A stretch of 64,000 bases of DNA from an uncultured Methanosarcinaceae archaeon. Its GTDB lineage: Archaea > Halobacteriota > Methanosarcinia > Methanosarcinales > Methanosarcinaceae. A model generated the notes under the pieces. The model did no database searches. It was not told where the DNA came from and worked only from the letters and a program-made list of their open reading frames with translations. The position numbers were made by a program, and so were the translations under genes. The stretch spans positions 32,001-96,000 of the forward strand of contig CAWHXP010000007.1 in assembly GCA_963833425.1 (NCBI GenBank). The letters are read 5' to 3'. Positions 13,104 to 23,999 of this stretch are shown here, one piece after another. Numbering within the stretch: the first letter of the stretch is position 1; each line of letters opens with the position of its first letter.

Positions 13104-14366
13104 TTGAGAAATGACTCGAGTTCAGAAACGCTTGAAGCCTGGATAATCCGACTTCGGCGCGAATTTCACCAATACCCAGAACTTAGTTTTAAAGAATACG
13201 AAACCCAGAAACAAATACTGAAAAAACTTGGAGAATTGGGAATAGAAGCAAAGAAAATTGCAGATACAGGCGTGCTTGCAAGTATTAAAGGTAATGCCCC
13301 TGGTCCCTGCATCGCTCTTCGATCGGATACTGACGGACTGGAAGTACAGGAAAAATTGACAGAAAGAAACGGAGACTATATTTCAAAAAACAATGGAGTA
13401 ATGCACGCCTGTGGGCATGACGGACATATGGCAATGCTCTTTGGAGCTGCTAGGCTTTTTCAGGAAACTGGGAACTTCCCTGGAGAAGTCCGTCTCATCT
13501 TTCAGCCTGCAGAAGAAATCCCTCAAGGTGGTTCGAAAAGAGTGATTGCAGAAGGAGGGCTCGAGGGGGTGGATGCAATTATAGGTATGCATATATTTAC
13601 CAACTACGAATCGGGTAGCATTGGTCTTCATCCTGGGCCCTTCATGGCAAGCACCAACCGATTCGAGGTCACGCTTAAGGGAAAAGGAGGTCACATATCA
13701 GAACCTGAAAGCTGCATTGATCCTATCAGGATTGCAATCGACTTCATAAATACTCTCTACGCTGCCCTGGAAAATAAACTAGAACCGGATAAATATGTCC
13801 TGGGAATAGGAAAGATCCAGGGAGGAGCTCAATTTAACAGAACTCCTGATAATGTAGGAATCCTTGGAAGCTACAGGACTTTTTATAAGGAGACCACATA
13901 TACTATTGACAAAACTATAAAGGATTGCTTGGATACCTTAATGGAAAAGTATAGGAAACCTAGAGAAGAATTAATAGGTTTTCCAGATTACGATCTTGAA
14001 ATTCTCCATGGCTATCCTGTCCTTGTGAATGACCCTACTTTCACAAGTGCAGTTCATTCAAAACTTCAGAAGAGTCTCCCAGAACTCAAAATATATTCAG
14101 AGATAACAAAAACATTCGCATCCGAAGATTTTGCAAGTTATCTCCAAATAGTGCCTGGAGTATTCATTTATCTAGGCTCAAGGAATCCACAAAAAAAAAT
14201 TGTTGAAATCAATCACTCATGCACTTTTGATATTGATGAAGAAATCCTAATTACTGGCACAAATATTTTTTATACTGTTTCTCTAGACTTTTTGAAAAAT
14301 CCAGAGAAATACATCAATTCTAAAAGAGATTTCCGCAAGAAATATTTCAATCCTGAACTACTTTGA
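13104..14366 (+). CDS. M20 family amidohydrolase
   Basis: RREFHQYPELS, MHACGHDGH, FQPAEE, SEDF and NHS motifs. Confidence 0.93.
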   Translation: MRNDSSSETLEAWIIRLRREFHQYPELSFKEYETQKQILKKLGELGIEAKKIADTGVLASIKGNAPGPCIALRSDTDGLEVQEKLTERNGDYISKNNGVMHACGHDGHMAMLFGAARLFQETGNFPGEVRLIFQPAEEIPQGGSKRVIAEGGLEGVDAIIGMHIFTNYESGSIGLHPGPFMASTNRFEVTLKGKGGHISEPESCIDPIRIAIDFINTLYAALENKLEPDKYVLGIGKIQGGAQFNRTPDNVGILGSYRTFYKETTYTIDKTIKDCLDTLMEKYRKPREELIGFPDYDLEILHGYPVLVNDPTFTSAVHSKLQKSLPELKIYSEITKTFASEDFASYLQIVPGVFIYLGSRNPQKKIVEINHSCTFDIDEEILITGTNIFYTVSLDFLKNPEKYINSKRDFRKKYFNPELL

Positions 14367-14548
14367 TGAAATCTGAAGACCTGTAGATTTGGGAGCATCG
14401 GGATCTCTGAATCTTTTTTGGAAAATAAATAAATCATGTAGTACTCTAAATTCATCTATTAAACTTAAAAAATAGTATCAAATTTCTTAGGAAAATTTAG
14501 GGATCGTCTCATTTATAGTATTTCCACAACTCATGGATAAGATCGAAA

Positions 14549-14986
14549 ATGATGATACAAGAATATGAAGATTCCAGAAAGGAAGAAGTTTGTGCCGTTG
14601 TTCTTGGTGTCCTGCTGGAGCATGGTTTTGAATATGACAGATTTAAGGATGCCGACCTTGAGGATATTAACAACTATTACTTCACAAGTGGAGGTACTTT
14701 TTTTATAGGAGTTGCCGATAGCAAGGTTGTAGGTACTGCAGGTGTCCGAAAATGTAAGGGGAATCTATGCGAAATCAGACGCATCTACATTAAAAAAGAT
14801 TTCAGAGGGAAAGGGGATGGGAAAAAACTTTTTATAGCTGCATTGGAATTTGTCGAAGAAAATTGCTCAGGTGTCATGCTTAAAACCGATCCCATTCTCA
14901 AGAACGCTATAGACATGTACCTCAGGAATGGCTTTACTTTCCAGAAAGAAAAAAATGGGCATATATACTTCGAGAAAAAATTTTAA
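14549..14986 (+). CDS. GNAT family N-acetyltransferase
   Basis: EIRRIYIKKDFRGKGDGKKL and AIDMYLRNGF. Confidence 0.9.
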   Translation: MMIQEYEDSRKEEVCAVVLGVLLEHGFEYDRFKDADLEDINNYYFTSGGTFFIGVADSKVVGTAGVRKCKGNLCEIRRIYIKKDFRGKGDGKKLFIAALEFVEENCSGVMLKTDPILKNAIDMYLRNGFTFQKEKNGHIYFEKKF

Positions 14987-15376
14987 ATTATTTTGCTAAA
15001 TCACAAAATTTTGTCATATTCTTATGAGTAGTATGAAAATGAATGATAAAAACCTGAGGTTAATTAAACTTTTCTTTAATGTTCGAGTTGCTCCAGTAGA
15101 ATCGCAGCTGTAAAATGTGCAGCCTGCATCATCCGATTTGCTTATTCAAGAACTAATTCAAAAATGTGAAAACTACTTCCTGGATTTTAGTATTTCCAGT
15201 GGTTTAAATTTTAATTTTGATTAGCTAAGGAATTTTACTACTGACTGCATCAATTTAATGACCACAATTTTTGGCAGATTATTTCTAGAACCCGGATAGC
15301 ATTTGTTGAAATTTGATTTTTATCGAAATTGTCTATATGTTTCTGAGTATATTTTTCTATTATCGTTCTGTTTTTC

Positions 15377-17482
15377 TTAATAACTGCTGGAAAAGCCTCC
15401 GATTTTGTCAAGGGATTGTAGATATTCAAGTACAGCCAGCACATAGGCTGAATGAGACCAAGCCAAAGGAAGAACCGAAATAGATTTTCCTCTGTCATCT
15501 ACCTGTTCGGACAATAGGCCCGAGGGAGAAGTGTGAGTTGCACACCAATCCAGAAGTTCGAGAGCTCTTTCTAAGTTTCCGATTGCTGAATGCCACTGAG
15601 ACAGCCAGAGAGTGCAAATGATCCAGCTGTTCATGTAGCCATAATAGCTGTCTTGAAGATACCGGGCAATTCCGCCAGAGGGACGCTTAAGTTCTCGTTC
15701 AATAGTTTCCATTGTACGGATAATTTTTGGATCATCTGGAGGAAGAATTCCGAAGTACCAGACCGAAAAAACCGACGAATCAAGCGTAGGATCATCTAGA
15801 GAACGTCTGAAGCGCCTGAGTTTATTGTCATAGAGTCTCTCAATAATAGATTTTTTTATGCTAACTGCAGCTTCTTTCCAGCCTTTTGCTATGTAGTCAT
15901 CGCCAAGGGAGCGGGCAAGTTCAGAGGCACCGTTAAGGCCAGCATAGACAGTACAGGCACTGTAGGTATGTACCCCCTTTCGCTCTTCCCATAAGTCGAA
16001 ACTTGAAATTGGAAGGCCTATTTCCCTGTCGATTGCTTTTGTAAGATAGTTAGCTGCTGGAATCACAAGCTCTCTGTAGTATCTGCCTGTAGTCCACACA
16101 CTCTTTGCGATTTTCCAGTTGTTATATAGAGCATAAAGAGGGAGTCCTGTCTCGTCAATCTGAATCATTGGCACCGGATGCCATGTGCTACCGAAATCTC
16201 CTGCAGGAGTATATTTGTGAAGGAAGTTACCTCTGGGTGTGATGATTTTTGAGAAAAACTCAAATATCTCGGTACTCAAGTGGTGGTATCGAGCACTATC
16301 GAGTGCAAGGCATACCCAAGCAGCATCTCTGGGCCAACAGTAGCTATAAAGGTCTGCTCCAAATTGCTTGATATCAGAATCGCAGGATGCAATCACTGAA
16401 CCTGTAATATCCATGTGGGCGACAACTACAAGGAGGCTCCTGTAAAAGCAATTTGAGATTCTTTCCGGAAGCTGAAGCATGTTGGAAAATTCTTGAAGAA
16501 CGGATACTCTTTCAATAAATGAGTTCCAGAAATTTAAATTATGGTGAAAAAAAGTGCTTCTTTCCGTTTCTTTTATACTTTTATTGGCTTTGAGCACATT
16601 GCAATACTTTTTCCCTAGAACAATCCAGTAGTTTATCCGCGTAGATTCTCCAGATTCAAGCTCAGGAAGAGTCCAGCCGAGGGTAGAATCCACCGAGCCA
16701 TGAGCAACAGAATTTCCACTCAAAGAGGCGTCGTTTTCCATATCTTTCCATGTTCCTTCAAATTCCCTCCATTCCGCGGTCCCAGCAGCATACTGGTCAA
16801 AAACAGGGTCACTAGAATGTAGAAAATAACGGTCGCGCTTGTAATGAATCAGATTTTGTTTATCAATAATAGCTGTTTCTCCGATTTTTGTCTCAAGAAT
16901 ACGATAATTCTGGTTGGAAAACAGACGAAGACACCTGGAAGTTTTGGAAATATTCCTGACATCAATGGTCCTGTAAAAGATGTTTACTGATGGGTGGACA
17001 GCTTCCCAGATTGTAATCCTTAGCCCTAGATCAGAATTTTCAAATACCGTTTCTCCTATATTTGAAACAACTTTTCTGCAGGTTTCATGTAACTTATTCT
17101 TACCAGTCTCTTCTCTTCCCCCCTCTCCCTCACCCTCGTCCTTTGAAATTTTAGGATTGTGGTTACAAAATTGTTCTTCGAACTCTGATTTGTACCGCTG
17201 TTGAATCCTCCAGTTTTCAAGCCAGCTGCAATAAAGGGAGTCAAGGTCGCATATACCGACTTTTATAGAGTTACCGTGATTCTCAAGCCCAACGTATGGG
17301 AAATAGACATCTCTTATGGTACCTATTTCATCTTCACATATCAAAATTCTTCCATTTCCGAAAATTAGCGGCCTAATCTGGATACCTCCAACTCTGTTTT
17401 CCTTACGTTTTGTGATCAATAAGGAAAATTCTGCATGTGGAATAAAATGCGAAATTTGATTTGAATCCACAAACAATAACAT
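15377..17482 (-). CDS. Glycoside hydrolase family 15 (glucoamylase/trehalase-like); the real start is probably the ATT at 17377
   Basis: YFPYVGLENH, YSYCWPRDA, QIDETG, DLWEER, LLSEQ, PLAWSHS. Confidence 0.92.
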   Translation of the reverse strand: MLLFVDSNQISHFIPHAEFSLLITKRKENRVGGIQIRPLIFGNGRILICEDEIGTIRDVYFPYVGLENHGNSIKVGICDLDSLYCSWLENWRIQQRYKSEFEEQFCNHNPKISKDEGEGEGGREETGKNKLHETCRKVVSNIGETVFENSDLGLRITIWEAVHPSVNIFYRTIDVRNISKTSRCLRLFSNQNYRILETKIGETAIIDKQNLIHYKRDRYFLHSSDPVFDQYAAGTAEWREFEGTWKDMENDASLSGNSVAHGSVDSTLGWTLPELESGESTRINYWIVLGKKYCNVLKANKSIKETERSTFFHHNLNFWNSFIERVSVLQEFSNMLQLPERISNCFYRSLLVVVAHMDITGSVIASCDSDIKQFGADLYSYCWPRDAAWVCLALDSARYHHLSTEIFEFFSKIITPRGNFLHKYTPAGDFGSTWHPVPMIQIDETGLPLYALYNNWKIAKSVWTTGRYYRELVIPAANYLTKAIDREIGLPISSFDLWEERKGVHTYSACTVYAGLNGASELARSLGDDYIAKGWKEAAVSIKKSIIERLYDNKLRRFRRSLDDPTLDSSVFSVWYFGILPPDDPKIIRTMETIERELKRPSGGIARYLQDSYYGYMNSWIICTLWLSQWHSAIGNLERALELLDWCATHTSPSGLLSEQVDDRGKSISVLPLAWSHSAYVLAVLEYLQSLDKIGGFSSSY

Positions 17483-17496
17483 TTACACGATTTACG

Positions 17497-17604
17497 TCAG
17501 AATGGCATCTATTTTCTAAATATGACAGTAACTTAAAATTGATCCAACTTTCTATGAACAGTAATGGCAACTGGGCAAACAAATTTCACATCTAAATACA
17601 TCTA
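17497..17604 (+). repeat. ~115-bp MITE-like repeat, degenerate copy 1
   Basis: aatatgacagtaacttaaaattgatccaactt...ggcaactgggcaaacaaatt matches the copies at 21.9, 23.5 and 42.7 kb. Confidence 0.65.
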
Positions 17605-17841
17605 GATTGCACCTATACTGGTCCATTAGATTTTGAATATTTTTCTGAGAGAATATCGAAACCTTCGTTTTTATTTGGTTGATATAAAGAACAAAATTCT
17701 TTGAAATTAGAGGTTGTTTTATCCTGAAATAACTTTGCGTAGAAATTATGTTTAATTTTTTTCACACCCTCTCAATCCAGATAACATAACTTCCATTATA
17801 AATTTTAATTCTGCTTATTTCTCTTCCAGAAGGGATTTTCT

Positions 17842-17967
17842 GGCCTGTAGAACTCCTATAAGTTATGCATTTTTCTTCGTCTTTAGTGAAAAATAAGGAG
17901 TATATTATAACTTAATAGATATAATAATCTAGTGTAAAAGTTCAATTTAGAGCATCTCTACAGAGCC
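17842..17967. mobile_element. 126-bp MITE related to the IS at 37895-38893
   Basis: Ends ggcctgtagaa and tctctacagagcc; the last ~90 bp match 38800-38892 (gtaaaagttcaatttagagcat). Confidence 0.7.
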
Positions 17968-18567
17968 GAAATTTTGGACCTATAAAACTGAACCTAGAGC
18001 AAGAAATTAACAACAATCGATGAGAACTACACATCTAAAAGTGCTATATGTGGAACTAGAAACGAAATGCTTTTTTGAACAAAATGTGAAGTGTAGTTGT
18101 TGAAACGTAATTAATAGGGATCTAACTGGCACAATCAGTATCTTGAAATGTTTCATATCACATAATTATTTTGTGGACTAGCCATCATATACATCAAATA
18201 CTTCGCAAAGAATTGGTTTAACGGTATTCAACTGCGCTAGAGTGCTATTCAAGTTATATAAAAATTTTTAATAAGTTCGCCCCACGTGAATGGGCACAAA
18301 AGATTATCTGGAAGGTATGGTGAACCCTTCGATTTTTTTCTTTGATCTATTTTAATTATCGAGCATACAAGAAATTAGTCTTAATGTTTATTAGGAATTT
18401 CTAAGGAACTGTAATTAATAACACATATAAAAATTTTAAATGAAATCATAGTCAGCAATTACGGGAAATGATTTTAAAATATTTACCCATTAAATCTCAA
18501 ATAAATGGATAATGATGTTTCTTCATCCAAGTTGAATAGTTGCCATTTATCCTTTATATTTTCTCTT

Positions 18568-19842
18568 TCACTTTTGAGTACACTTGGTAATTTCTCCACT
18601 AATGTCTTCCCTGAACATCGAAACAGCTTTATTGAAATCATTGGTCTGGCCAAGAACCCACATTAGCTTGACAAGTGAAGTTTCAGGTAAAATATCTTCA
18701 CCCTCAATTGCTCCAGCTTTTATCATATCAGAACCAGTATCATAGACACGATCGCAAATTCTACCACTAAGGCATTGAGATGTAATTACAACAGGTATTT
18801 TTGCATCTGTGGCTTTTCGGATTATCGGGATCCATGTAGTAGAAACGTGACCTAGCCCTGTACCCTCGAGAACCAGTCCCTTATAACCATTTTTGATATA
18901 AAAGTTAAGAACTGCAGGGTCTGCACCTGGGATAAACTTCACAAGAGCACATTTAGGCTCCATTCCGGCCTTGAATTTTAGAGTTTTTTCTCCACGCTTA
19001 GTATAGTCAATGAAAGTTTTTATTTCCCTTGTATTGTAGCCTACAACTCCTATTGGAAGAGAATTTATAGACTTGAAAGCATCCCTGCGAGAACTGTGCA
19101 TTTTTCGGACTTTTGTGCCTCGATGAATTTCACAAAAATCATCTGAAGTAGTGCCATGCATAACAACCGAAACCTCGGCAATGTCGCTTATCGCTACCAA
19201 AGCTGCACAGATTGCATTCATGGCATTGTCACTGCTGGGACGATCTGCACTCCTCTGGGAACCTACAAGAACAATAGGTACAGGTGTTTCTATCATAAAA
19301 GAAAGGGCTGCAGCAGTATACATCATGGTGTCCGTTCCATGGGTGATAATCACTCCGTCAGCTCCTGTGTGTATTTCTTCTACGACTGCATGGGCAAGGT
19401 TTTGCCAGGATTCCGAATCCATATTTTCCGATAGGATGCTTGAGATAACTTTGCCTTTGAAGTCAGCTATTTCCCTGAGTTCAGGAATTGTATCAAGGAT
19501 ATCATCAGCAGTAAACTGGGACGTAACTGCTCCTGTCCGATAGTCGATCTTACTTGCAATGGTTCCACCTGTTGAAAGAATTGCTACTTTAGGAAGCTTT
19601 TTTCCAGTCCATGGAAGTTTTTCTCTTGTCTTTTTTTGTTCTTCACAACCTTTAAAGCTTTTATTTATATCTTTTCCTTTACTTTCCAGAAGGGTTATTT
19701 GAACATTATTCATGGAAAAACCAGCGTTGTAGCCGCTTTTCATTTTTATTGTAATGTATCCTTCCATTGAAGGCATCACTTGGCCTTCAAATGCCGCCCC
19801 ATTTTTTTCAATACGTATCCAGTCGCTTTGTTTGAATTCCAT
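18568..19842 (-). CDS. gatD: Glutamyl-tRNA(Gln) amidotransferase subunit D
   Basis: N-terminal KMKSGYNAG domain, [35 protein letters not shown]. Confidence 0.96.
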   Translation of the reverse strand: MEFKQSDWIRIEKNGAAFEGQVMPSMEGYITIKMKSGYNAGFSMNNVQITLLESKGKDINKSFKGCEEQKKTREKLPWTGKKLPKVAILSTGGTIASKIDYRTGAVTSQFTADDILDTIPELREIADFKGKVISSILSENMDSESWQNLAHAVVEEIHTGADGVIITHGTDTMMYTAAALSFMIETPVPIVLVGSQRSADRPSSDNAMNAICAALVAISDIAEVSVVMHGTTSDDFCEIHRGTKVRKMHSSRRDAFKSINSLPIGVVGYNTREIKTFIDYTKRGEKTLKFKAGMEPKCALVKFIPGADPAVLNFYIKNGYKGLVLEGTGLGHVSTTWIPIIRKATDAKIPVVITSQCLSGRICDRVYDTGSDMIKAGAIEGEDILPETSLVKLMWVLGQTNDFNKAVSMFREDISGEITKCTQK

Positions 19843-20006
19843 GCATTTACCCCTTTTCTACTGATTTTTTAAGGTGTTATCTCGAGATACGATCAAAAAC
19901 ATCATATTACTTGTGTGATACTAAAGATAACGAATATTTTGTGCGATGTTAAGAGGTTAAAAGATAATACTAAAATTAAATGTGTTTTCGTGCTTAAATT
20001 CAACAT

Positions 20007-21482
20007 TCAAGTTTTTCTATATTCATTAACTATTGAAAGCAAATTTTCAAAAGCAGAATTGGTGATTTTTTTAAGATTTGCAGTTTCCAGCTTATCAAGT
20101 TCTAGATCAGTCAGCCTTTTTGCAAGATAACGCAGTACTTCCTCTGGAGCGGGCCCACCAGCAACTTTTCGTCTCTTTATGTTAGAAACAGGGTCTAGTG
20201 CTTCAGTGACCATATTTTCTGTTAGTCCTATCCTTGAAAGAGACTCTTCCAACACAATTTTGGCCGCAGAATCAATCTTTTCTAGTGTAAGTTTTCCCCC
20301 TTCCTTTGCTAGCATTCCTACAATTTGGTGGGCAGTCCTAAATGGGATTCCGGTTTCACGAACGATGGTATCTGCAAGTTCGGTAGCTGTCGTAAAACCT
20401 TCAATAGACTGGTTTGCTAGTACGTCAAGGTGGACTTTCATAGTCCTTATCATTCCCTCCATTATCTTTACAGACGCTCTAACTGTTTCAACCGAGCGCC
20501 AGATATTTGGAGTGGCTTCCTGAAGGTCCCGATTGTAACTCAAGGGCAGGCCTTTGCAGATCGTGAGCAAAGAAATGAGAGCTCCAAAAGCCACCCCAGT
20601 TTTCCCGCGCACGAGTTCTGCAGAGTCAGGATTTTTTTTCTGTGGCATTATCGAGGAAGTGGAGGCATACATATCATTGAGTTCGAAGAAGTTGAATTCG
20701 GATGAAGACCAAACTACAACTTCTTCGGCCATCCGGCTTAGGTTTACCATCAGGTTTGCAAACACCGAGGCGCATTCAATAAGAAAATCCCTGCTGCTTA
20801 CAGCATCCATCGAGTTTTCGAGCAACCCTTCAAAACCCAGGAGTTCTTGAGTCCTTTTTCTGTTGAGGTCAAAACCCGTAGATGCGAATGCAGCAGCTCC
20901 AAGGGGGCAGAGGTTTGTCCTGTAAAACGCATCACGAACCCTGTCAAAGTCTCTGCTGAATGCAGCTTCATGGGCGCATATATGATGGGCAAAGGTTGTT
21001 GGCTGGGCATGTTGCAGGTGTGTAAAACCAGGCATAAGGGTGTTGATATGTTTTCCTGCAAGAGTGATTAGGGTACTTCGAAAGACTAAAATTTCCTCCA
21101 GAAGTCCTGTCAGCTCTTCTCTTAGAGCCAGCCGGATACAGGTTGCAACTTCATCGTTTCTGGAACGTCCAGAGTGCATTCTGCCCCCGACTTCTTCCCC
21201 AACAATATTAATAAGTCTTGACTCTAGGGATATATGAATATCTTCGTAGCTGAAATCAAGCTTTTCCATCCCTTCGTCCCGGATTCTCAAAAGCCCACCA
21301 AGGATTTTACTACAGTCTTCCTTACTAATAATGCCCTGTTCTTTCAACATAACTGTATGAGCAAGGTCTACTGATATATCATACTTAAAAAGCCATCTGT
21401 CAGCTTCCATTGAGGAGTTATAACGCAATATTTCGTCTTCCTGAGCCGCTTCCAGCCTTCCTCTACGTAAAATATTGCTCAT
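20007..21482 (-). CDS. argH: Argininosuccinate lyase
   Basis: HSGRSRNDEV, PGFTHLQHAQP, SSIMPQKKNPD, YNRDLQE. Confidence 0.97.
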   Translation of the reverse strand: MSNILRRGRLEAAQEDEILRYNSSMEADRWLFKYDISVDLAHTVMLKEQGIISKEDCSKILGGLLRIRDEGMEKLDFSYEDIHISLESRLINIVGEEVGGRMHSGRSRNDEVATCIRLALREELTGLLEEILVFRSTLITLAGKHINTLMPGFTHLQHAQPTTFAHHICAHEAAFSRDFDRVRDAFYRTNLCPLGAAAFASTGFDLNRKRTQELLGFEGLLENSMDAVSSRDFLIECASVFANLMVNLSRMAEEVVVWSSSEFNFFELNDMYASTSSIMPQKKNPDSAELVRGKTGVAFGALISLLTICKGLPLSYNRDLQEATPNIWRSVETVRASVKIMEGMIRTMKVHLDVLANQSIEGFTTATELADTIVRETGIPFRTAHQIVGMLAKEGGKLTLEKIDSAAKIVLEESLSRIGLTENMVTEALDPVSNIKRRKVAGGPAPEEVLRYLAKRLTDLELDKLETANLKKITNSAFENLLSIVNEYRKT

Positions 21483-21612
21483 AGGGTTTCCTCCTTATAA
21501 TTTTTTTATTATTTTCTGAAAGGAACTTACATGTATGAGAATTTTTATTCCACTAATATATTTTTCTATAGAAGTATATCTTGGAAATCAAAAGTATCCT
21601 TGAGCTCATCCG

Positions 21613-21930
21613 TCAAAAATTTATAGCAGGGTATCTCTCCAAGCGCTTCATATGAATTACTATCCGTAAATTTTTAATAAAAGTTCTATCAAAGGAGCAC
21701 TTTTCTTCTAGGTGAGTTCGATTAAATTTCAAAACATTACCCACACTGTTGGCTTCAGTACTTCGCTGAAACCTCGCATCCACTGTTATTCCATCTTTAT
21801 ACCTCATACATTCCACTGCTATTCTAACTCTTGACTTTAATCTTAATTATTCTTAAATTCGAGGTATAAACATATCAAATCTTTACTTTTCTTCATCTAT
21901 GGCTTTATAACTCGTTTGAACATACTTTCA
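21613..21930 (-). pseudogene. Possible PD-(D/E)xK restriction endonuclease remnant
   Basis: Fragments RFDMFIP and RVRIAVECMRYKDGITVD resemble Mrr-type motifs; heavily decayed. Confidence 0.3.
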
Positions 21931-21933
21931 TCC

Positions 21934-22049
21934 AATGTAACAAGAATACCATCTCTTTTTTCAATATGATAGCAGCTTAAAAATTAATCTAACTTCCAAT
22001 GAATAATAAGGGCAAATAGGCAAACAAATTAACATTTGTCTTAATCTGG
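21934..22049 (+). repeat. ~115-bp MITE-like repeat, copy 2
   Basis: tcaatatgatagcagcttaaaaattaatctaactt...ggcaaataggcaaacaaatt. Confidence 0.75.
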
Positions 22050-22413
22050 GATTGAGGTACTATACTTTGTCACGAGAAATCGTTTGTTCAATACGATATT
22101 TATCCGTTTTTGCTATGAATTATAGATTTGGCTACATAAATGCATATAACTAAAGTGAAATTATAATATCTAAATTATCGTGTTAAGTAGCATGCTTAGT
22201 GTTTTTTGGATGTATTTTAGATTTGTTAAGAAGATTTGAATGAGAACTTTTTTAATATTTATTCTTTCGCTACTCGAAAAATCAGTCCGTGAAGTCAATA
22301 TTTCTTTTTTTGCATTTTTTTCTTACCGTTATATCACGTGTTGTTCTTTTACCTCTTCGTCCTTAATCAGTAAAAAAGAAATTGTGAAAACTGAAACCAA
22401 AAAAATATGGAGA

Positions 22414-23307
22414 TCAGAATAGGTCGTGTAGTTTAAACTTGTATTTCCCGAGTTTTCCGTCATAGTTTCCTGCGGAGATCTTCTTGATGCCTGGAACGGT
22501 TACAGCGCACTTAATTCCTGCTCTCATGGCGGCTTTAACGCTGTTTTCATCAAGCCCATTGATAACTATTTCATAAACAGAATTGACATTTGCCGGAATT
22601 TCAGTGTTCTCAATTTTGTATTTTATGGAGGGACAAAATTTTTCGTTAGTTGTAGCCTTCAGGAATTTGTACTTGTTTGCTCCGGATTTGGATCCACTGG
22701 CCACTATACCTCCAGGAAAGGGTGTAATTGTGCCTTCGAGCTCTGCAATTGCTTCCACAGCAACTTCGGCTGCCGTCAGAGCGCTCATCTGTGAGTCTCC
22801 AAAGATAAAGAAATTACCGCCTGCAATTCCATCTAAAGCTCCGATATTTACTTCATTCAGGAAATCTCCTCCCATTGTAGGAATTTTATATACTTTGCGT
22901 CCCGAGATCTGGGATTCTGATTCCATACCATCTCCGAAAAATTTGAGTTTAGAGCCTATGTTAAATTGCTTTTCAGCTTCATAAAGCCCATTGAAAACTG
23001 AAGTTGTAGGAGCTGTAAGTATGCATTGTCCGATCCTTTCAAGTAATTGTTTTTCGAGAGCTTCATATTTGAAATTACAGATTTGGATGTAAACTCCAGG
23101 CCTGTTATCTGGAGTTTCACTTGGGCTTGCTAGTTTTTCGATTCCTGCTTCTGCAGGACACATTATAACGGACGTCGCGAAACCTGTAGCTTCAGTAGCT
23201 GCCACGAGGGCCCAGCGTTTAGTAACGGCGGTGATGAGCACTCGTGAAATCTTGATTTGAAAAGCTTCTGCGTATGTATCTTCGATTTCTACTCCATTGA
23301 TTTCTAT
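22414..23307 (-). CDS. ftr: Formylmethanofuran--H4MPT N-formyltransferase, with ATA at the start position
   Basis: The frame is open upstream of the called ORF: (I)EINGVEIEDTYAEAF...ATEATGFATSVIMCPAEAG...SAGNYDGKLG; 297 aa. Confidence 0.95.
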   Translation of the reverse strand: MEINGVEIEDTYAEAFQIKISRVLITAVTKRWALVAATEATGFATSVIMCPAEAGIEKLASPSETPDNRPGVYIQICNFKYEALEKQLLERIGQCILTAPTTSVFNGLYEAEKQFNIGSKLKFFGDGMESESQISGRKVYKIPTMGGDFLNEVNIGALDGIAGGNFFIFGDSQMSALTAAEVAVEAIAELEGTITPFPGGIVASGSKSGANKYKFLKATTNEKFCPSIKYKIENTEIPANVNSVYEIVINGLDENSVKAAMRAGIKCAVTVPGIKKISAGNYDGKLGKYKFKLHDLF

Positions 23308-23521
23308 AGAAATCCCTCTTTTACAATCATTTTTAATTTAGAGATATTTTAATATATTGTGGGATCGAAAAAAATTATCATCAATTTTACTGGCAATTGA
23401 CTGTAATTAATCAAAAATTCAGGTAAAATTTTTCAATGAATAATCCTACATTTCGCAAATGTATACAGCTGTATATTTCATTTGTCTATTGGCCCATAGT
23501 TATTCTAGAACTCACGTCCCT

Positions 23522-23638
23522 TAGATGTATACACGAATTATTTATTTTCTCAATAAGGATAAAGCTTAAAAATTAATTTACCTTTCAAGAATAATAGTGG
23601 TCAAATAGGCAAACAGATTATACATTTGTGTACATCTG
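23522..23638 (+). repeat. ~115-bp MITE-like repeat, copy 3 (clearest terminal IRs)
   Basis: agatgtatacacgaat ... atttgtgtacatctg inverted ends around the core gcttaaaaattaat...caaataggcaaaca. Confidence 0.75.
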
Positions 23639-23999
23639 AAGAATGTCAGTTAAAATAATCAAATTTGAAACATTCTTTTTTTGGATACTTTAGACCAGAT
23701 TCACTATTTCATATTTTTCGTTCAAGTTTCTTCTTCAATTCCCAGTTTCAAATTTTTTAATTTCTCTTGTCTTACAGGAGAAGCTACTTAATTAAATATG
23801 TTATTTAATCAAATTGTTGTTCAAATTTAGAGATTTGTAACATTTTTGAGAATTTCCAAAATCGGTTTTTAATTCCACTAGCAATTGACTTCAATAAATC
23901 ATAAAATCCAGAAATAATGGCAAGTATCCTGTAAAGAATATTTTTTCATTATCTTCAAAATGATGGTTCGATTTGAAAACTTTAAATAATTTTCAATAT

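Noticed and set aside
21955..22049. c-di-GMP-I riboswitch suggested by GGCAAAC
   Set aside because: The GNRA stem and downstream GCAAAG pairing are absent; the inverted ends point to a MITE.
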